Origin: Bacteroidia bacterium
GTDB taxonomy: Bacteria; Bacteroidota; Bacteroidia; NS11-12g; UBA9320
Assembly (NCBI GenBank): GCA_016779945.1
Contig: JADHMR010000001.1
Location: forward strand, 13,750-77,749
Direction: 5' to 3'
DNA: 64,000 nucleotides
In this document: positions 51,726 to 62,089 of the stretch, piece after piece
Numbering within the stretch: the stretch's first letter is position 1
Layout of the letters: every line of letters begins with the position of its first letter
The notes under the pieces: generated by a model
What the model was told of the DNA's origin: nothing
What the model saw: the letters and a program-made list of their open reading frames with translations, nothing else
Databases searched by the model: none
Made by a program: the position numbers and the translations under genes

Positions 51726-53099
51726 CTATCCTGTCATTGCACCTCCAGCGGAAGTTCTTCCTTTTATTCTTCCGGTTTTCATTAAACCGTCATAATGTCT
51801 CATAATGAGGTATTGTTCAACTTGTTGAAGCGTATCAAGTACAACTCCGACCATAATTAACAATGAAGTACCTCCATAAAATTGTGCAAACTGATCATTT
51901 ACACCTGCTTGAATTGCAAAAAATGGAAATATGGCAACAAATCCTAGGAAAACTGATCCTGGGAGAGTTATACGTGACATTACTGAACCTATGAAGTTAG
52001 CTGTTTTTCTGCCAGGCTTTACACCGGGTATGAATCCACCATTTCTTTTCAAATCATCTGCTATCTGATTTGGATTAATTGTAATTGCTGTATAGAAATA
52101 AGTAAACAATACAATCAGAACAAATGTCAAAATATTATATCCAATCTCGTCTGGTCTTGAGAGCGAATTCAAAAATGCTGAATCTTCTAATCCAGGAATT
52201 CTTGCTGCTGAGCCAGGCAAAAACATAAGTGCTTGAGCAAAAATGATAGGCATTACACCTGCTGCATTAACTTTCAATGGAAGATATTGTCTAACACCAC
52301 CCATTTGTCTATTACCAACAATTCGTTTTGCGTATTGGACAGGTATTCTTCGTGTAGCTTGGACTAATGCAATTACTGCAAGAATTACAACTACCCATAT
52401 CAAAAGCTCAACAATAAGTAACATTACTTGGCTACCTCCGAAGCGATCAATGATTTCTGCTAATAGTGTAGATGGTAATCGAGCAATAATACCTACCATG
52501 ATAATGATAGATATCCCATTCCCAACACCGCGATCAGTAATTCTTTCTCCTAACCACATAGTGAACATTGTACCAGCTACTAAAATAAGTACACCAAGAA
52601 TTAAAAAAGTTGTCCAACCAAGTGCATCAGAAGTTTCTGACATAAGAGCTAATGGTTTTCCTGAACCTGAAGTTGACTTCAAGTTTATCAAGTATGCCAT
52701 ACCTTGTACTGCTGTTATTGCAATAGTTAAATATCTTGTTATGGCATTAATTTTTCTTCTTCCATCCTCACCTTCTTTTTGCATTTTCTGAAAAGTCGGA
52801 ACTGCAACAGTTAGAAGCTGAATAACAATTGATGCCGAGATGTATGGCATGATACCTAGAGCGAAAATAGAGACTCGATCAAAAGCTCCACCAGAAAAGG
52901 TGTTAACAAGACCTAAAAAACCTCCAGACTCTTTGTTGCCGTAAAAATTAGGATCGCTTAGGATAAGTGGATCAACTCCAGGAATCACAATAAATGTCCC
53001 TATACGATATACGAGTAACAATAAAAAAAGATTTACAAGACGAGTCCTCAAATCTTCAATAGAGAATATATTTTTTAATGTACTTATTAACTTTTTCAT
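51726..53099 (-). CDS. secY: Preprotein translocase subunit SecY
   Basis: Ten-TM SecY. Start set at the internal Met (MKKLISTLKNIF...) because the longer ORF would run through the rplO stop region. 4-nt gap to rplO. Confidence 0.85.
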   Translation of the reverse strand: MKKLISTLKNIFSIEDLRTRLVNLFLLLLVYRIGTFIVIPGVDPLILSDPNFYGNKESGGFLGLVNTFSGGAFDRVSIFALGIMPYISASIVIQLLTVAVPTFQKMQKEGEDGRRKINAITRYLTIAITAVQGMAYLINLKSTSGSGKPLALMSETSDALGWTTFLILGVLILVAGTMFTMWLGERITDRGVGNGISIIIMVGIIARLPSTLLAEIIDRFGGSQVMLLIVELLIWVVVILAVIALVQATRRIPVQYAKRIVGNRQMGGVRQYLPLKVNAAGVMPIIFAQALMFLPGSAARIPGLEDSAFLNSLSRPDEIGYNILTFVLIVLFTYFYTAITINPNQIADDLKRNGGFIPGVKPGRKTANFIGSVMSRITLPGSVFLGFVAIFPFFAIQAGVNDQFAQFYGGTSLLIMVGVVLDTLQQVEQYLIMRHYDGLMKTGRIKGRTSAGGAMTG

Positions 53100-53103
53100 A
53101 AAT

Positions 53104-53550
53104 CTAGATAACCTCCGCTGTTCCTCCTGCTTTTTCAATAGCAGCTTTGGCTGTTTTAGTGAAAGCATTCACCTTAACATCGACCTTACTAGTCAATTCG
53201 CCTCTGCCTAATATTTTTACAATTTCTGTCTTCTTGATAACGTTGGCTTCAATCAATGATGAAGTTGTAACTTCTTTTGCCTTGGTTTTATCAATAAAAT
53301 CTTGAAGTCTGTCTAAATTTATACCAACATATTCTACGCGAGTAGGATTTTTAAATCCAAACTTAGGAACTCTACGTTGAAGTGGCATTTGGCCACCTTC
53401 AAAACCAACTGATCTACTGTAACCTGTTCTCGATTGAGCACCTTTATGACCTTTAGTTGAGGTTCCTCCTCTTCCAGATCCCTGCCCCCTAGCTATTCTT
53501 TTTCTTCTTTTTACCGAACCATCAGCCGGTTTTAAACTATGTAAATTCAT
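53104..53550 (-). CDS. rplO: 50S ribosomal protein L15
   Basis: MNLHSLKPADGSVKRRKRIARGQGSGRGGT... canonical L15. Confidence 0.9.
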   Translation of the reverse strand: MNLHSLKPADGSVKRRKRIARGQGSGRGGTSTKGHKGAQSRTGYSRSVGFEGGQMPLQRRVPKFGFKNPTRVEYVGINLDRLQDFIDKTKAKEVTTSSLIEANVIKKTEIVKILGRGELTSKVDVKVNAFTKTAKAAIEKAGGTAEVI

Positions 53551-53552
53551 AA

Positions 53553-53732
53553 CTATGCTTTTTCTACTTTTAATAAGTGGTTAACCTTACGAATCATACC
53601 TAATACAGCTGGTGATTCTTCTATAACTCTTGCTTTATTCAATTTTTTGAGTCCTAGAGCAATCAATGTACGTTTTTGATCCTCAGGTCTTCTAATAGCA
53701 CTTTTGATTTGTGTAATTTTTACCTTTCCCAT
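53553..53732 (-). CDS. rpmD: 50S ribosomal protein L30
   Basis: Not in the ORF track. Hand translation gives MGKVKITQIKSAIRRPEDQKRTLIALGLKKLNKARVIEESPAVLGMIRKVNHLLKVEKA (59 aa), canonical L30. Confidence 0.85.
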   Translation of the reverse strand: MGKVKITQIKSAIRRPEDQKRTLIALGLKKLNKARVIEESPAVLGMIRKVNHLLKVEKA

Positions 53733-53737
53733 CTTGA

Positions 53738-54256
53738 TTAACCGTTAAACACTTTATTTAAGTTTGTCCCACGTTGTTCTGCAACAGTGTATGCGTCTCT
53801 TAATTTTGATAGTGCATCAATTGTAGCTTTAACAACATTGTGTGGATTTGACGAACCCTTAGACTTTGCAAGAACATCATGAATACCTGCACTTTCAAAT
53901 ACGGCACGCATTGCTCCTCCAGCTATTACACCTGTACCATTTGAGGCAGGTTTCATAAACACTCTACCTCCAGAGTACTTACCATACTGTTCGTGAGGAA
54001 TTGTATTATTGTTCAATGGAACTTTGATTAAGTTCTTTTTCGCATCTTCAATACCTTTTTGGATGGCATCTATTACCTCACCAGCTTTTCCAAGCCCGTG
54101 ACCAACAATTCCGTTTCCGTCACCAACTACAACAATTGCGTTGAAACTAAATGTTCTACCCCCTTTAGTAACTTTCGCTACTCGATTGATATTTACTACA
54201 GTCTCTTTAAGTTCGAGATCTGTTGTTCTTACTTGTTTTAATGTTTGTGTTGCCAT
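53738..54256 (-). CDS. rpsE: 30S ribosomal protein S5
   Basis: Canonical S5 ([17 protein letters not shown]). Confidence 0.9.
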   Translation of the reverse strand: MATQTLKQVRTTDLELKETVVNINRVAKVTKGGRTFSFNAIVVVGDGNGIVGHGLGKAGEVIDAIQKGIEDAKKNLIKVPLNNNTIPHEQYGKYSGGRVFMKPASNGTGVIAGGAMRAVFESAGIHDVLAKSKGSSNPHNVVKATIDALSKLRDAYTVAEQRGTNLNKVFNG

Positions 54257-54260
54257 ATTA

Positions 54261-54605
54261 TTAGAATTTTAAACCTCCCTCTCTAGCTCCTTCTGCTAAA
54301 TTCTTAACTCTTCCGTGATATAGGTATCCATTTCTGTCAAATTTTACACTCTGAATTCCATTTGCAGTAGCTTTTTCGGCAATTGCCTTACCTACTTCTC
54401 TGGCAATCTCAGATTTTGTACCTTTATCCATACCTGCTGATGAACCCGACAATATTGTTGCCCCTTTAGTGTCATCAATAAGTTGTACGTATATCGCCTT
54501 ATTGCTTCTAAAAACACAAAGTCTAGGCATCTCTGCTGTTCCCTGAATCTTACTTCTGATTCGGTCTTTGATTTTAGCTCTTCTTGTAGCTTTACTTTTT
54601 ATCAT
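54261..54605 (-). CDS. rplR: 50S ribosomal protein L18
   Basis: Canonical L18 N- and C-termini. Confidence 0.9.
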   Translation of the reverse strand: MIKSKATRRAKIKDRIRSKIQGTAEMPRLCVFRSNKAIYVQLIDDTKGATILSGSSAGMDKGTKSEIAREVGKAIAEKATANGIQSVKFDRNGYLYHGRVKNLAEGAREGGLKF

Positions 54606-54619
54606 AATAATATAACCTA

Positions 54620-55168
54620 TTATTTAGCTGCAGTCTTACCAGCTTTTCTTCTTAATTGTTCTCCTTTGTACTTAATTCCTTTTCCTTTGTAAGGCTCTGG
54701 CGGACGTAAACTTCTCAATTTAGCTGCTACTTGACCTAGTAATTGTTTATCAATACTTTCAAAAGTTACAACTGGTGGTTTACCTTTAACCGCTTCTGTA
54801 GAGACTTTAACCTCAGCAGGTATTTGCATAAAAATAGTATGCGAAAAACCTAAATTTAGCTCTAATAATTGACCAGTTACAGTCGCTCTGTAACCAACCC
54901 CTACAAGTTCTTGCTCGGTTTTAAATCCTTTACTTACTCCCTCAATACAATTGCTTATTAAAGAACGATAAAGACCATGCATGGACTTCTCTTCTTTAGT
55001 TTCCCCAGATCTGGATAGTATTACCTGACCATCTTCAACCTTTACACTAACAAGGTCAACGGACTGATTAAGTTCACCTTTAGGGCCTTTGACAGCAACC
55101 ATGTTTCCATCCACTTTTATCTCCACTCCGGAGGGTATAGCTATTGGGTTATTTCCTATTCTTGACAT
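54620..55168 (-). CDS. rplF: 50S ribosomal protein L6
   Basis: [18 protein letters not shown]... canonical L6. Confidence 0.9.
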   Translation of the reverse strand: MSRIGNNPIAIPSGVEIKVDGNMVAVKGPKGELNQSVDLVSVKVEDGQVILSRSGETKEEKSMHGLYRSLISNCIEGVSKGFKTEQELVGVGYRATVTGQLLELNLGFSHTIFMQIPAEVKVSTEAVKGKPPVVTFESIDKQLLGQVAAKLRSLRPPEPYKGKGIKYKGEQLRRKAGKTAAK

Positions 55169-55185
55169 CTTTTCTAACTTTTAAA

Positions 55186-55593
55186 TTAAGATACGTAACA
55201 TAAAACTTCTCCACCTACGTGTTGCGTTCTTGCTTCTTTGTCTGTCATTACACCTTTCGATGTTGAAACAATTGCAATACCAAGACCATTTAAAACACGT
55301 GGCAATTCTTCAGCATTTCTGTACTGTCTTAAACCTGGTTTACTAACTCTCTTAAGTTCTCTAATAGCAGACAACTTTGTAGTTGGATGATATTTCAGAG
55401 CAATCTTAATAGTTCCTTGTGGGCCTGCAGCATCATCAAATTTGTAATTAAGTATGTAGCCTTTGTCAAACAAAACTTGAGTTATTGCTTTTTTAATATT
55501 TGAAGCAGGCACATCAACAATTCTGTGATTTGCCTTAATACCATTTCTCACTCGAGTAAGGTAATCTGCTATTGGATCTGTAATTTTACTCAT
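55186..55593 (-). CDS. rpsH: 30S ribosomal protein S8
   Basis: MSKITDPIADYLTRVRNG... canonical S8. Confidence 0.9.
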   Translation of the reverse strand: MSKITDPIADYLTRVRNGIKANHRIVDVPASNIKKAITQVLFDKGYILNYKFDDAAGPQGTIKIALKYHPTTKLSAIRELKRVSKPGLRQYRNAEELPRVLNGLGIAIVSTSKGVMTDKEARTQHVGGEVLCYVS

Positions 55594-55597
55594 ATTA

Positions 55598-55867
55598 TTA
55601 CCAGCTTGCTTTTGTTATACCCGGGATTAAACCTTTAGATGCCATTTCTCTAAATACGTTTCTAGAAATTCCAAAATCTCTCATGTAGCCTCTAGGTCTG
55701 CCCGTAGCAGAGCATCTATTTCTCAATCGAGTAGGTGAAGCATTTCTAGGTAGCTTCTGAAGCCCTTCATAATCTCCAGCTTCTTTAAGAGCAGCTCTTT
55801 TAGCAGCATAGGTTTTAACCGCATGCTCTCTTTTACGCTGTCTTGCTTTCATTGATTCTTTTGCCAT
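55598..55867 (-). CDS. rpsN: 30S ribosomal protein S14 (long, non-zinc type)
   Basis: [14 protein letters not shown]... 89 aa, no Cys4 cluster. Confidence 0.9.
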   Translation of the reverse strand: MAKESMKARQRKREHAVKTYAAKRAALKEAGDYEGLQKLPRNASPTRLRNRCSATGRPRGYMRDFGISRNVFREMASKGLIPGITKASW

Positions 55868-55874
55868 CTTTTTC

Positions 55875-56420
55875 TTATTTCTTTATAAAAGGTAGTCCTA
55901 ATTCTGTTAACAAACTATGGCACTCAACATCAGTCTTTGCAGTTGTCACAAATGTGATATCCATACCATTAATACGTGATACTTTGTCTATATCTATCTC
56001 AGGGAATATAATTTGTTCCGTAACACCCATTGAGTAATTACCACGTCCATCAAATCCTTTATCGCTAATTCCATTAAAGTCTCTTACACGAGGTAGAGAA
56101 ACAGCAATGAATCGATCTAAAAATTCATACATTCTATCGCCGCGAAGTGTTACACGACATCCAATAGGCATTTCTTCTCTTAACTTAAAGTTAGAGATTG
56201 CTTTCTTAGAAAATGTAGGCACAGCTTTCTGACCAGCAATAGTTGTCATCTCTTCAACAGCTGTGTCAACTAGCTTTTTATCGGCTACACCAGCTCCAAC
56301 ACCTTGGTTTAAACAAATTTTTGCTAGTCGTGGAATTTGCATTACGTTACTGTAATTGTGTTTTTCCTTTAACTTAGCAACTAATTCTGTTTCAAATTTT
56401 TCTCTTAATCTTGGCTTCAT
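55875..56420 (-). CDS. rplE: 50S ribosomal protein L5
   Basis: Canonical L5. Confidence 0.9.
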   Translation of the reverse strand: MKPRLREKFETELVAKLKEKHNYSNVMQIPRLAKICLNQGVGAGVADKKLVDTAVEEMTTIAGQKAVPTFSKKAISNFKLREEMPIGCRVTLRGDRMYEFLDRFIAVSLPRVRDFNGISDKGFDGRGNYSMGVTEQIIFPEIDIDKVSRINGMDITFVTTAKTDVECHSLLTELGLPFIKK

Positions 56421-56421
56421 A

Positions 56422-56760
56422 CTAGTTATTTATAAAATCGCCTGTTTTCTTAGAAAATCTCTGTAATTTTCCATTTTCGTTTAATTTTCTTCCGATACGA
56501 GTTGACTCGCCATCGACCATAACCTGAAGTTTACTCACGCGAATTGGAGATTCAAGTTTAACAATTGATCCATTTGGATTATCTGCATCGGGTTTTCTGT
56601 GTTTGGTAACCATATTGATTCCATCAACGATAGCAGTACCTTCTTTCAGATTAACACGTTTTACTTCACCTGTTTTATTTTTATCATTACCAGACAAAAC
56701 TTTAACGGTATCGCCTTTGCGAATGTGAAGTTTAGGTATTTTGTTGTATTTCCTTCTCAT
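56422..56760 (-). CDS. rplX: 50S ribosomal protein L24
   Basis: [24 protein letters not shown] (KOW motif). About 7 extra N-terminal residues relative to typical L24; the only in-frame ATG is at 56760. Confidence 0.9.
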   Translation of the reverse strand: MRRKYNKIPKLHIRKGDTVKVLSGNDKNKTGEVKRVNLKEGTAIVDGINMVTKHRKPDADNPNGSIVKLESPIRVSKLQVMVDGESTRIGRKLNENGKLQRFSKKTGDFINN

Positions 56761-56762
56761 AA

Positions 56763-57131
56763 TTACAGTACTTCTGGGGCTAATGATACAATCTTCATAA
56801 ACTTACGGTCTCTTAACTCTCTAGCTACAGGTCCAAAAATACGAGTAGCTCTTGGTTCATCAGTAGCTGTTAGAAGAACACAAGAGTTATCATCGAATCT
56901 AATGTAAGAACCATCTGGTCTTCTAAATTCTTTTTTCGTTCTAACTACAACTGCACGAGATACAGTACCTTTTTTGATATTACCCGCAGGCATTGCATCT
57001 TTTACAGTTACAATGATTTTATCACCAACTGAAGCATACCTTCTTTTCGTTCCACCTAAAACACGAATACAAAGAACTTCTTTGGCTCCGCTGTTATCAG
57101 CTACTTTTAATCTTGATTCTTGTTGTATCAT
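56763..57131 (-). CDS. rplN: 50S ribosomal protein L14
   Basis: [17 protein letters not shown]... canonical L14. Confidence 0.9.
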   Translation of the reverse strand: MIQQESRLKVADNSGAKEVLCIRVLGGTKRRYASVGDKIIVTVKDAMPAGNIKKGTVSRAVVVRTKKEFRRPDGSYIRFDDNSCVLLTATDEPRATRIFGPVARELRDRKFMKIVSLAPEVL

Positions 57132-57132
57132 C

Positions 57133-57387
57133 TTACTTAGCTCTTTCTATTATTTCTACCAATCTCCAACGCTTGTCTTTACTCAATGGTCTTGTTTCCA
57201 TTATACGAACAATATCATTTTCATTACACTCATTTTTTTCGTCATGAGCTTTAAATTTGGCTGTAGATTTAACGAATTTTTTGTATTTGGGATGTTTCAT
57301 CTTTCGCTCAACGGATACCGTAATGGTTTTTTCCATTTTGTTGCTTCTAACAACCCCAACAATCTCTTTTCTAAAATTTCTTTCCAT
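57133..57387 (-). CDS. rpsQ: 30S ribosomal protein S17
   Basis: Canonical S17. Confidence 0.9.
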   Translation of the reverse strand: MERNFRKEIVGVVRSNKMEKTITVSVERKMKHPKYKKFVKSTAKFKAHDEKNECNENDIVRIMETRPLSKDKRWRLVEIIERAK

Positions 57388-57396
57388 TTTTAGTTC

Positions 57397-57591
57397 CTAT
57401 TTTTCGTTTCTACGTCTGTTAATCTCAGTTAGGTATTTCGCAATGGTTTTTCTCGCAATTCTAATTTTATGCGGATTCTCTATTGGAGATACTGCATGAC
57501 TGAATTTCATCTTTTGAAGTTGAGCTCTTTCATCCTTTAAGTTCAAATGAAGCTCCTTTTCAGTCAAATTTTTAATATCTTGATACTGCAT
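57397..57591 (-). CDS. rpmC: 50S ribosomal protein L29
   Basis: Canonical L29 (64 aa). Confidence 0.85.
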   Translation of the reverse strand: MQYQDIKNLTEKELHLNLKDERAQLQKMKFSHAVSPIENPHKIRIARKTIAKYLTEINRRRNEK

Positions 57592-57596
57592 ATTTC

Positions 57597-58016
57597 TTAA
57601 GCACTATAATCTGGTCTTACTACAAATTTTGTTGTTACGGGAAGCTTTTGAGCTGCTAATCTCATTGCTTCTTTAGCTATCTCCTCACTCACACCATCAA
57701 CCTCAAATATGATTGTCCCAGGTTTGATAACAGCTACCCAATATTCTGGTGAACCTTTACCCTTACCCATTCTTACTTCAGCAGGTTTTTTGGTTACAGG
57801 TTTGTCTGGGAATATACGTATCCATACTTTTCCCTCTCTCTTCATATAGCGATTAAGAGCAATCCTTGCCGCTTCTATCTGTCTAGAAGTAATCCAATGT
57901 GGTTCTAATGATTTCAATCCGAAATCACCAAATTCAACACGATGGCCTCTGCCCGCTAAACCTTTAACTCTGCCTTTCTGGCGTTTTCTATATTTTATTC
58001 TCTTTGGAGATAACAT
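57597..58016 (-). CDS. rplP: 50S ribosomal protein L16
   Basis: [16 protein letters not shown]... canonical L16. Confidence 0.9.
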   Translation of the reverse strand: MLSPKRIKYRKRQKGRVKGLAGRGHRVEFGDFGLKSLEPHWITSRQIEAARIALNRYMKREGKVWIRIFPDKPVTKKPAEVRMGKGKGSPEYWVAVIKPGTIIFEVDGVSEEIAKEAMRLAAQKLPVTTKFVVRPDYSA

Positions 58017-58028
58017 GATCTTGCCTTA

Positions 58029-58745
58029 TTATTTTTTTATTCTTCTTCTGTCGTGACCACCTATTTTATCACGTTGTTGCTTTGGCTCTCCCATTCCCAT
58101 GTTTATGGATAAGTCACGCTTGCCAAAAACTTCTTCTTTAAATATCCATACTTTAACACCAATTTTACCGTAAACAGTAAGTGCTTCAGATAATGCATAA
58201 TCAACATCAGCTCTGAAAGTATGTAAAGGAATTCTTCCTTCTTTGAATTGCTGAGTTCTTGCCATTTCAGCACCGTTTAAACGTCCAGAAACCATCACTT
58301 TGATACCCTGTGCTCCCATTCTCATGGTTGATCCGATAGCCATTTTTATAGCACGTTTAAAGTTTACACGACCTTCTATTTGTTGAGCAATTGACTGGCC
58401 AACAAGCATCGCGTCTAACTCAGGACGTTTAACTTCAAAAATGTTAATCTGAACATCTTTTTTGGTTAATTTCTTAATTTCTTCTTTTAGCTTATCAACT
58501 TCAGAACCACCTTTACCGATTACAATACCCGGTCTTGATGTATGTACTGTGATAATAATTCTTTTAAGCATTCGCTCTATAAGTATCTTAGAGATACCCG
58601 CACTAGGCATACGAGCTTTTAAGTATTGACGTATCTTGTTGTCTTCAGCTAATTTTTCGCCAAATTCCTTACCACCGTACCAGTTGCTTTCCCAACCGCG
58701 GACGATACCTAATCTAAGACCTATTGGATTTACTTTTTGTCCCAT
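58029..58745 (-). CDS. rpsC: 30S ribosomal protein S3
   Basis: [14 protein letters not shown]... KH domain. Basic C-terminal tail. Confidence 0.9.
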   Translation of the reverse strand: MGQKVNPIGLRLGIVRGWESNWYGGKEFGEKLAEDNKIRQYLKARMPSAGISKILIERMLKRIIITVHTSRPGIVIGKGGSEVDKLKEEIKKLTKKDVQINIFEVKRPELDAMLVGQSIAQQIEGRVNFKRAIKMAIGSTMRMGAQGIKVMVSGRLNGAEMARTQQFKEGRIPLHTFRADVDYALSEALTVYGKIGVKVWIFKEEVFGKRDLSINMGMGEPKQQRDKIGGHDRRRIKK

Positions 58746-58748
58746 TTA

Positions 58749-59132
58749 TTATTCTTCTGAATTTGATTCTTCGTTTTGTGCATCAATAACCATAGTATCC
58801 ACTTTGAGAGTGATATGGTTTGATCGCTTTCTAATTCTGTGAGCTCTTCCTTGTGGAGCAGGTTGAATTCTTTTTAACATTCTTCCTGGATCAACAAAAA
58901 CTTCCTTGACAATTAGGCCCGTTTCTTCATCTACACGCTCATCGTTCACTTGTTGCCAGTTTGCAATGGCAGATTTAAGTAGTTTTTCAACTTTTTCTGC
59001 GTAAACTCTTTTTTGGCTGTACTTTAGAGTGTTTAAAGCATCCTCTACACGTTGACCTCTTATTTGGTCAACAACAAGTCTCATTTTGCGGGGAGACATT
59101 GGACAGTTATTTAATTTAGCTACTGCTTCCAT
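58749..59132 (-). CDS. rplV: 50S ribosomal protein L22
   Basis: Canonical L22. Confidence 0.9.
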   Translation of the reverse strand: MEAVAKLNNCPMSPRKMRLVVDQIRGQRVEDALNTLKYSQKRVYAEKVEKLLKSAIANWQQVNDERVDEETGLIVKEVFVDPGRMLKRIQPAPQGRAHRIRKRSNHITLKVDTMVIDAQNEESNSEE

Positions 59133-59134
59133 GA

Positions 59135-59398
59135 TTATTTCTTAGCTTGATGACCTTTAAATGTTCGTGTAGGTGAGAATTCTCCGAGTTTGTGACCTAC
59201 CATATTTTCTGTAACATAAACTGGTATAAATTTATTACCGTTATGAACAGCAAAAGTATGCCCTATAAAGTCAGGAGTGATTAATGAAGATCTACTCCAA
59301 GTTTTTATAACAGACTTCTTGGTGCCTTCATTCATAACGTCCACTTTTCGTTGCAATTTGTAGTGAACAAATGGTCCTTTTTTTAATGATCTCGCCAT
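59135..59398 (-). CDS. rpsS: 30S ribosomal protein S19
   Basis: [11 protein letters not shown]... canonical S19. Confidence 0.9.
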   Translation of the reverse strand: MARSLKKGPFVHYKLQRKVDVMNEGTKKSVIKTWSRSSLITPDFIGHTFAVHNGNKFIPVYVTENMVGHKLGEFSPTRTFKGHQAKK

Positions 59399-59401
59399 AA
59401 T

Positions 59402-60223
59402 TTATTTTCGTTTTCTTTCTAAAATTAATCTAGAAGATTTTTTCTTTTTACTTCTTGTTTTCAAACCTTTAGACATTGTACCCTTTCGAGTTCTTGCCTG
59501 ACCACCTTTGGATCGGCCTTCACCACCACCTTGTGGGTGATCAACAGGGTTCATTGCTGCTGGACGAGTACGTGGTCTTCTACCTAACCAACGGCTTCTT
59601 CCTGCTTTACCTGAAATTTGTAATTGATGATCTCCATTGGATACCTCACCTATTGTTGCAAGACAAGTGATTAATATCATTCTACTCTCTCCTGATGGTA
59701 GTTTGATAACAGCATACTTCCCGTCTTTAGCAACTAATTGGGCACTTGTTCCTGCACTTCTGCATATTTCAGCACCTTTACCAGGTTTCATCTCTATATT
59801 ATGAACAGTTGTTCCTAATGGAATCTCTCCTAGTGGAAGAGCGTTCCCAAGGTCAGGTGTCGAACCAGGGCCCGAGGTAATTTTCTGACCAACTTTAATT
59901 CCTTTTGGTGCAACTATGTACCTTTTCTCTCCATCAGCATATTGTACTAATGAAATAAAAGCAGTTCTATTTGGATCATACTCTATAGTGAGGACTTCAG
60001 CACTTTCGAAGCGATTTCGTTTGAAATCTATAATACGATATCTACGCTTGTGTCCACCACCACGATTTCTCATGGTCATCTTACCTGTGTCGTTTCTACC
60101 ACCAGACTTTTTTAGTGGAGCTAATAAACTCTTCTCTGGTCGGCTAGCAGTTAATGCCTCGAAAGTTACTGCTAACTTAAAACGTTGACCAGGTGTAACT
60201 GGATTTATTCTCTTAATTCCCAT
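59402..60223 (-). CDS. rplB: 50S ribosomal protein L2
   Basis: Canonical L2 (273 aa). Confidence 0.9.
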   Translation of the reverse strand: MGIKRINPVTPGQRFKLAVTFEALTASRPEKSLLAPLKKSGGRNDTGKMTMRNRGGGHKRRYRIIDFKRNRFESAEVLTIEYDPNRTAFISLVQYADGEKRYIVAPKGIKVGQKITSGPGSTPDLGNALPLGEIPLGTTVHNIEMKPGKGAEICRSAGTSAQLVAKDGKYAVIKLPSGESRMILITCLATIGEVSNGDHQLQISGKAGRSRWLGRRPRTRPAAMNPVDHPQGGGEGRSKGGQARTRKGTMSKGLKTRSKKKKSSRLILERKRK

Positions 60224-60231
60224 TTCTCAGC

Positions 60232-60522
60232 TTATATATTTTCGTAAAAATCAATACTCTGTCCTTCTTTCAAACTAACTATCGCTTTCTTATAGTTACT
60301 TTTCTTCCCGTTTGAAACGCCAGATTTTGTAAAACGTGTCTTTCTCTTACCAGCAACAACTAAAGTTCTAATTTTGGTAACTTCAACCGAATACATTTTC
60401 TCTATTTCAGCTTTTATTTCTGGTTTAGTTGCAGTTAATGCTACTCTGAAACCGTACTGTCCTTTGTTTTCACTCAACAAGGACATTTTTTCTGTAATTA
60501 GTGGTTTAACAAGTGTTGCCAT
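60232..60522 (-). CDS. rplW: 50S ribosomal protein L23
   Basis: Canonical L23. Confidence 0.9.
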   Translation of the reverse strand: MATLVKPLITEKMSLLSENKGQYGFRVALTATKPEIKAEIEKMYSVEVTKIRTLVVAGKRKTRFTKSGVSNGKKSNYKKAIVSLKEGQSIDFYENI

Positions 60523-60523
60523 C

Positions 60524-61150
60524 TTAACTCAATGTCTCTTTTAATTTGTTAATTGAACCTTCTACCAAGATGATATTGTTAGCATGCAGAATACTGTATG
60601 TATTAACATCACTTACGTTCATCACTTGAGCATTAGGTATATTTCTTGAAGATAAATACACATTACTATCATAGTCAGGTGTAAGAAGAAGTGTTTTCTT
60701 ATCTGACATTTTTAGATTGTTTAGTATATCCAAATAATTTTTTGTTTTTGGTGAATCCAGAGAAATAGAATCAATAACCGTAATCTCTTTCCCTTTAGCT
60801 TTATGAGATAATGCAGAAAGACGAGCAACTTGTTTTAATTTTTTATTTAGTTTAAAACTGTAGTCTCTAGGTCTTGGACCATGCATTCGACCTCCACCAA
60901 CAAAAACACCCGATTTGATAGATCCAGCTCTGGCAGTACCCGTACCTTTTTGTTTCTTAATTTTTCGAGTAGAACCTTTAACTGCACCTTTCTCTGTAGA
61001 GGAGTGAGTTCCTTGTCGTTGACTAGCTAAATATTGTTTTACATCTAAATAAATAGCATGATCGTTAGGTTCAACACCAAAAATCTCCTTAGGGAGATTT
61101 ACTTGTTTACCCGTATCGTCACCAGATGTATTAATTACCTTTACTTTCAT
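60524..61150 (-). CDS. rplD: 50S ribosomal protein L4
   Basis: Canonical L4. Confidence 0.9.
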   Translation of the reverse strand: MKVKVINTSGDDTGKQVNLPKEIFGVEPNDHAIYLDVKQYLASQRQGTHSSTEKGAVKGSTRKIKKQKGTGTARAGSIKSGVFVGGGRMHGPRPRDYSFKLNKKLKQVARLSALSHKAKGKEITVIDSISLDSPKTKNYLDILNNLKMSDKKTLLLTPDYDSNVYLSSRNIPNAQVMNVSDVNTYSILHANNIILVEGSINKLKETLS

Positions 61151-61152
61151 TT

Positions 61153-61770
61153 TTATTTTTCAATAACTACGTATGAACCTTTGTGACCTGGAAGTGCTCC
61201 ACTAATAACTAGTAGATTTTTTTCAGTATCAACCTTTAGAACTTTGAGATTTTGTACTTTAACTCTTTCATTTCCCATTTGACCAGCCATTCTAGTCCCT
61301 TTGAAAACACGTGAAGGTGTAGAACCCGCTCCTAATGAACCCGGTGCTCTAAGTCTGTTGTGTTGTCCGTGAGTAGATTCACCAACACCGCTAAAGCCAT
61401 GTCTCTTTACAACACCTTGAAAACCTTTACCTTTAGATGTTCCAACAACATCTACAAATTCTCCTTCTTCAAAAACCTCAACCCCAAAAGAATCTCCTAA
61501 ATTCTGCTCACCGTCAAAATCTCTTACTTCAACAACAACTCTTTTAGGTGTCGTTTTAGCCTTTGCAAAATGACCTTTTTCAGGACTATTTGAGCTTTTA
61601 TCTTTCTTCTCTATTGAAGAAATCTGTACGGCATCATAACCTTCTTTATCTCCAGTTTTTACTTGAGTCACAAAATTTGGTTCACAAGCTACTACTGTAC
61701 AGGCTTCTTTTTTACCAGAGTCGGTAAAAATTGAAGTCATTCCTACTTTTCTTCCTATAACACTTAACAT
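61153..61770 (-). CDS. rplC: 50S ribosomal protein L3
   Basis: Canonical L3. Confidence 0.9.
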   Translation of the reverse strand: MLSVIGRKVGMTSIFTDSGKKEACTVVACEPNFVTQVKTGDKEGYDAVQISSIEKKDKSSNSPEKGHFAKAKTTPKRVVVEVRDFDGEQNLGDSFGVEVFEEGEFVDVVGTSKGKGFQGVVKRHGFSGVGESTHGQHNRLRAPGSLGAGSTPSRVFKGTRMAGQMGNERVKVQNLKVLKVDTEKNLLVISGALPGHKGSYVVIEK

Positions 61771-61775
61771 GTTTC

Positions 61776-62084
61776 TTATACTTTAATTTCTACGTCCACA
61801 CCACTTGGCAATTCAAGCTTCATTAATGCATCTACTGTTTTTGCACTTGAGCTATAAATATCCATTAACCTCTTGTAAGAACATAACTTAAACTGCTCTC
61901 TAGCTTTTTTATTTACGTGAGGAGATTTCAAAACTGTAAATATTTTCTTTTGTGTTGGAAGTGGTATTGGACCACTAACAACAGCTCCAGTAGCTTTAAC
62001 AGACTTGACAATCTTTTCAGCTGATTTATCGATCAGGTTGTGATCGTAAGACTTAAGCTTGATTCTAATTTTTTGATTGATCAT
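61776..62084 (-). CDS. rpsJ: 30S ribosomal protein S10
   Basis: [19 protein letters not shown]... canonical S10. Confidence 0.9.
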   Translation of the reverse strand: MINQKIRIKLKSYDHNLIDKSAEKIVKSVKATGAVVSGPIPLPTQKKIFTVLKSPHVNKKAREQFKLCSYKRLMDIYSSSAKTVDALMKLELPSGVDVEIKV

Positions 62085-62089
62085 TTTAT

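Noticed and set aside
51726-53168. Longer 480-aa SecY reading frame starting at 53168
   Set aside because: The extra 23 N-terminal residues would overlap the 3' end of rplO. The canonical SecY N-terminus begins at the internal Met (53099).
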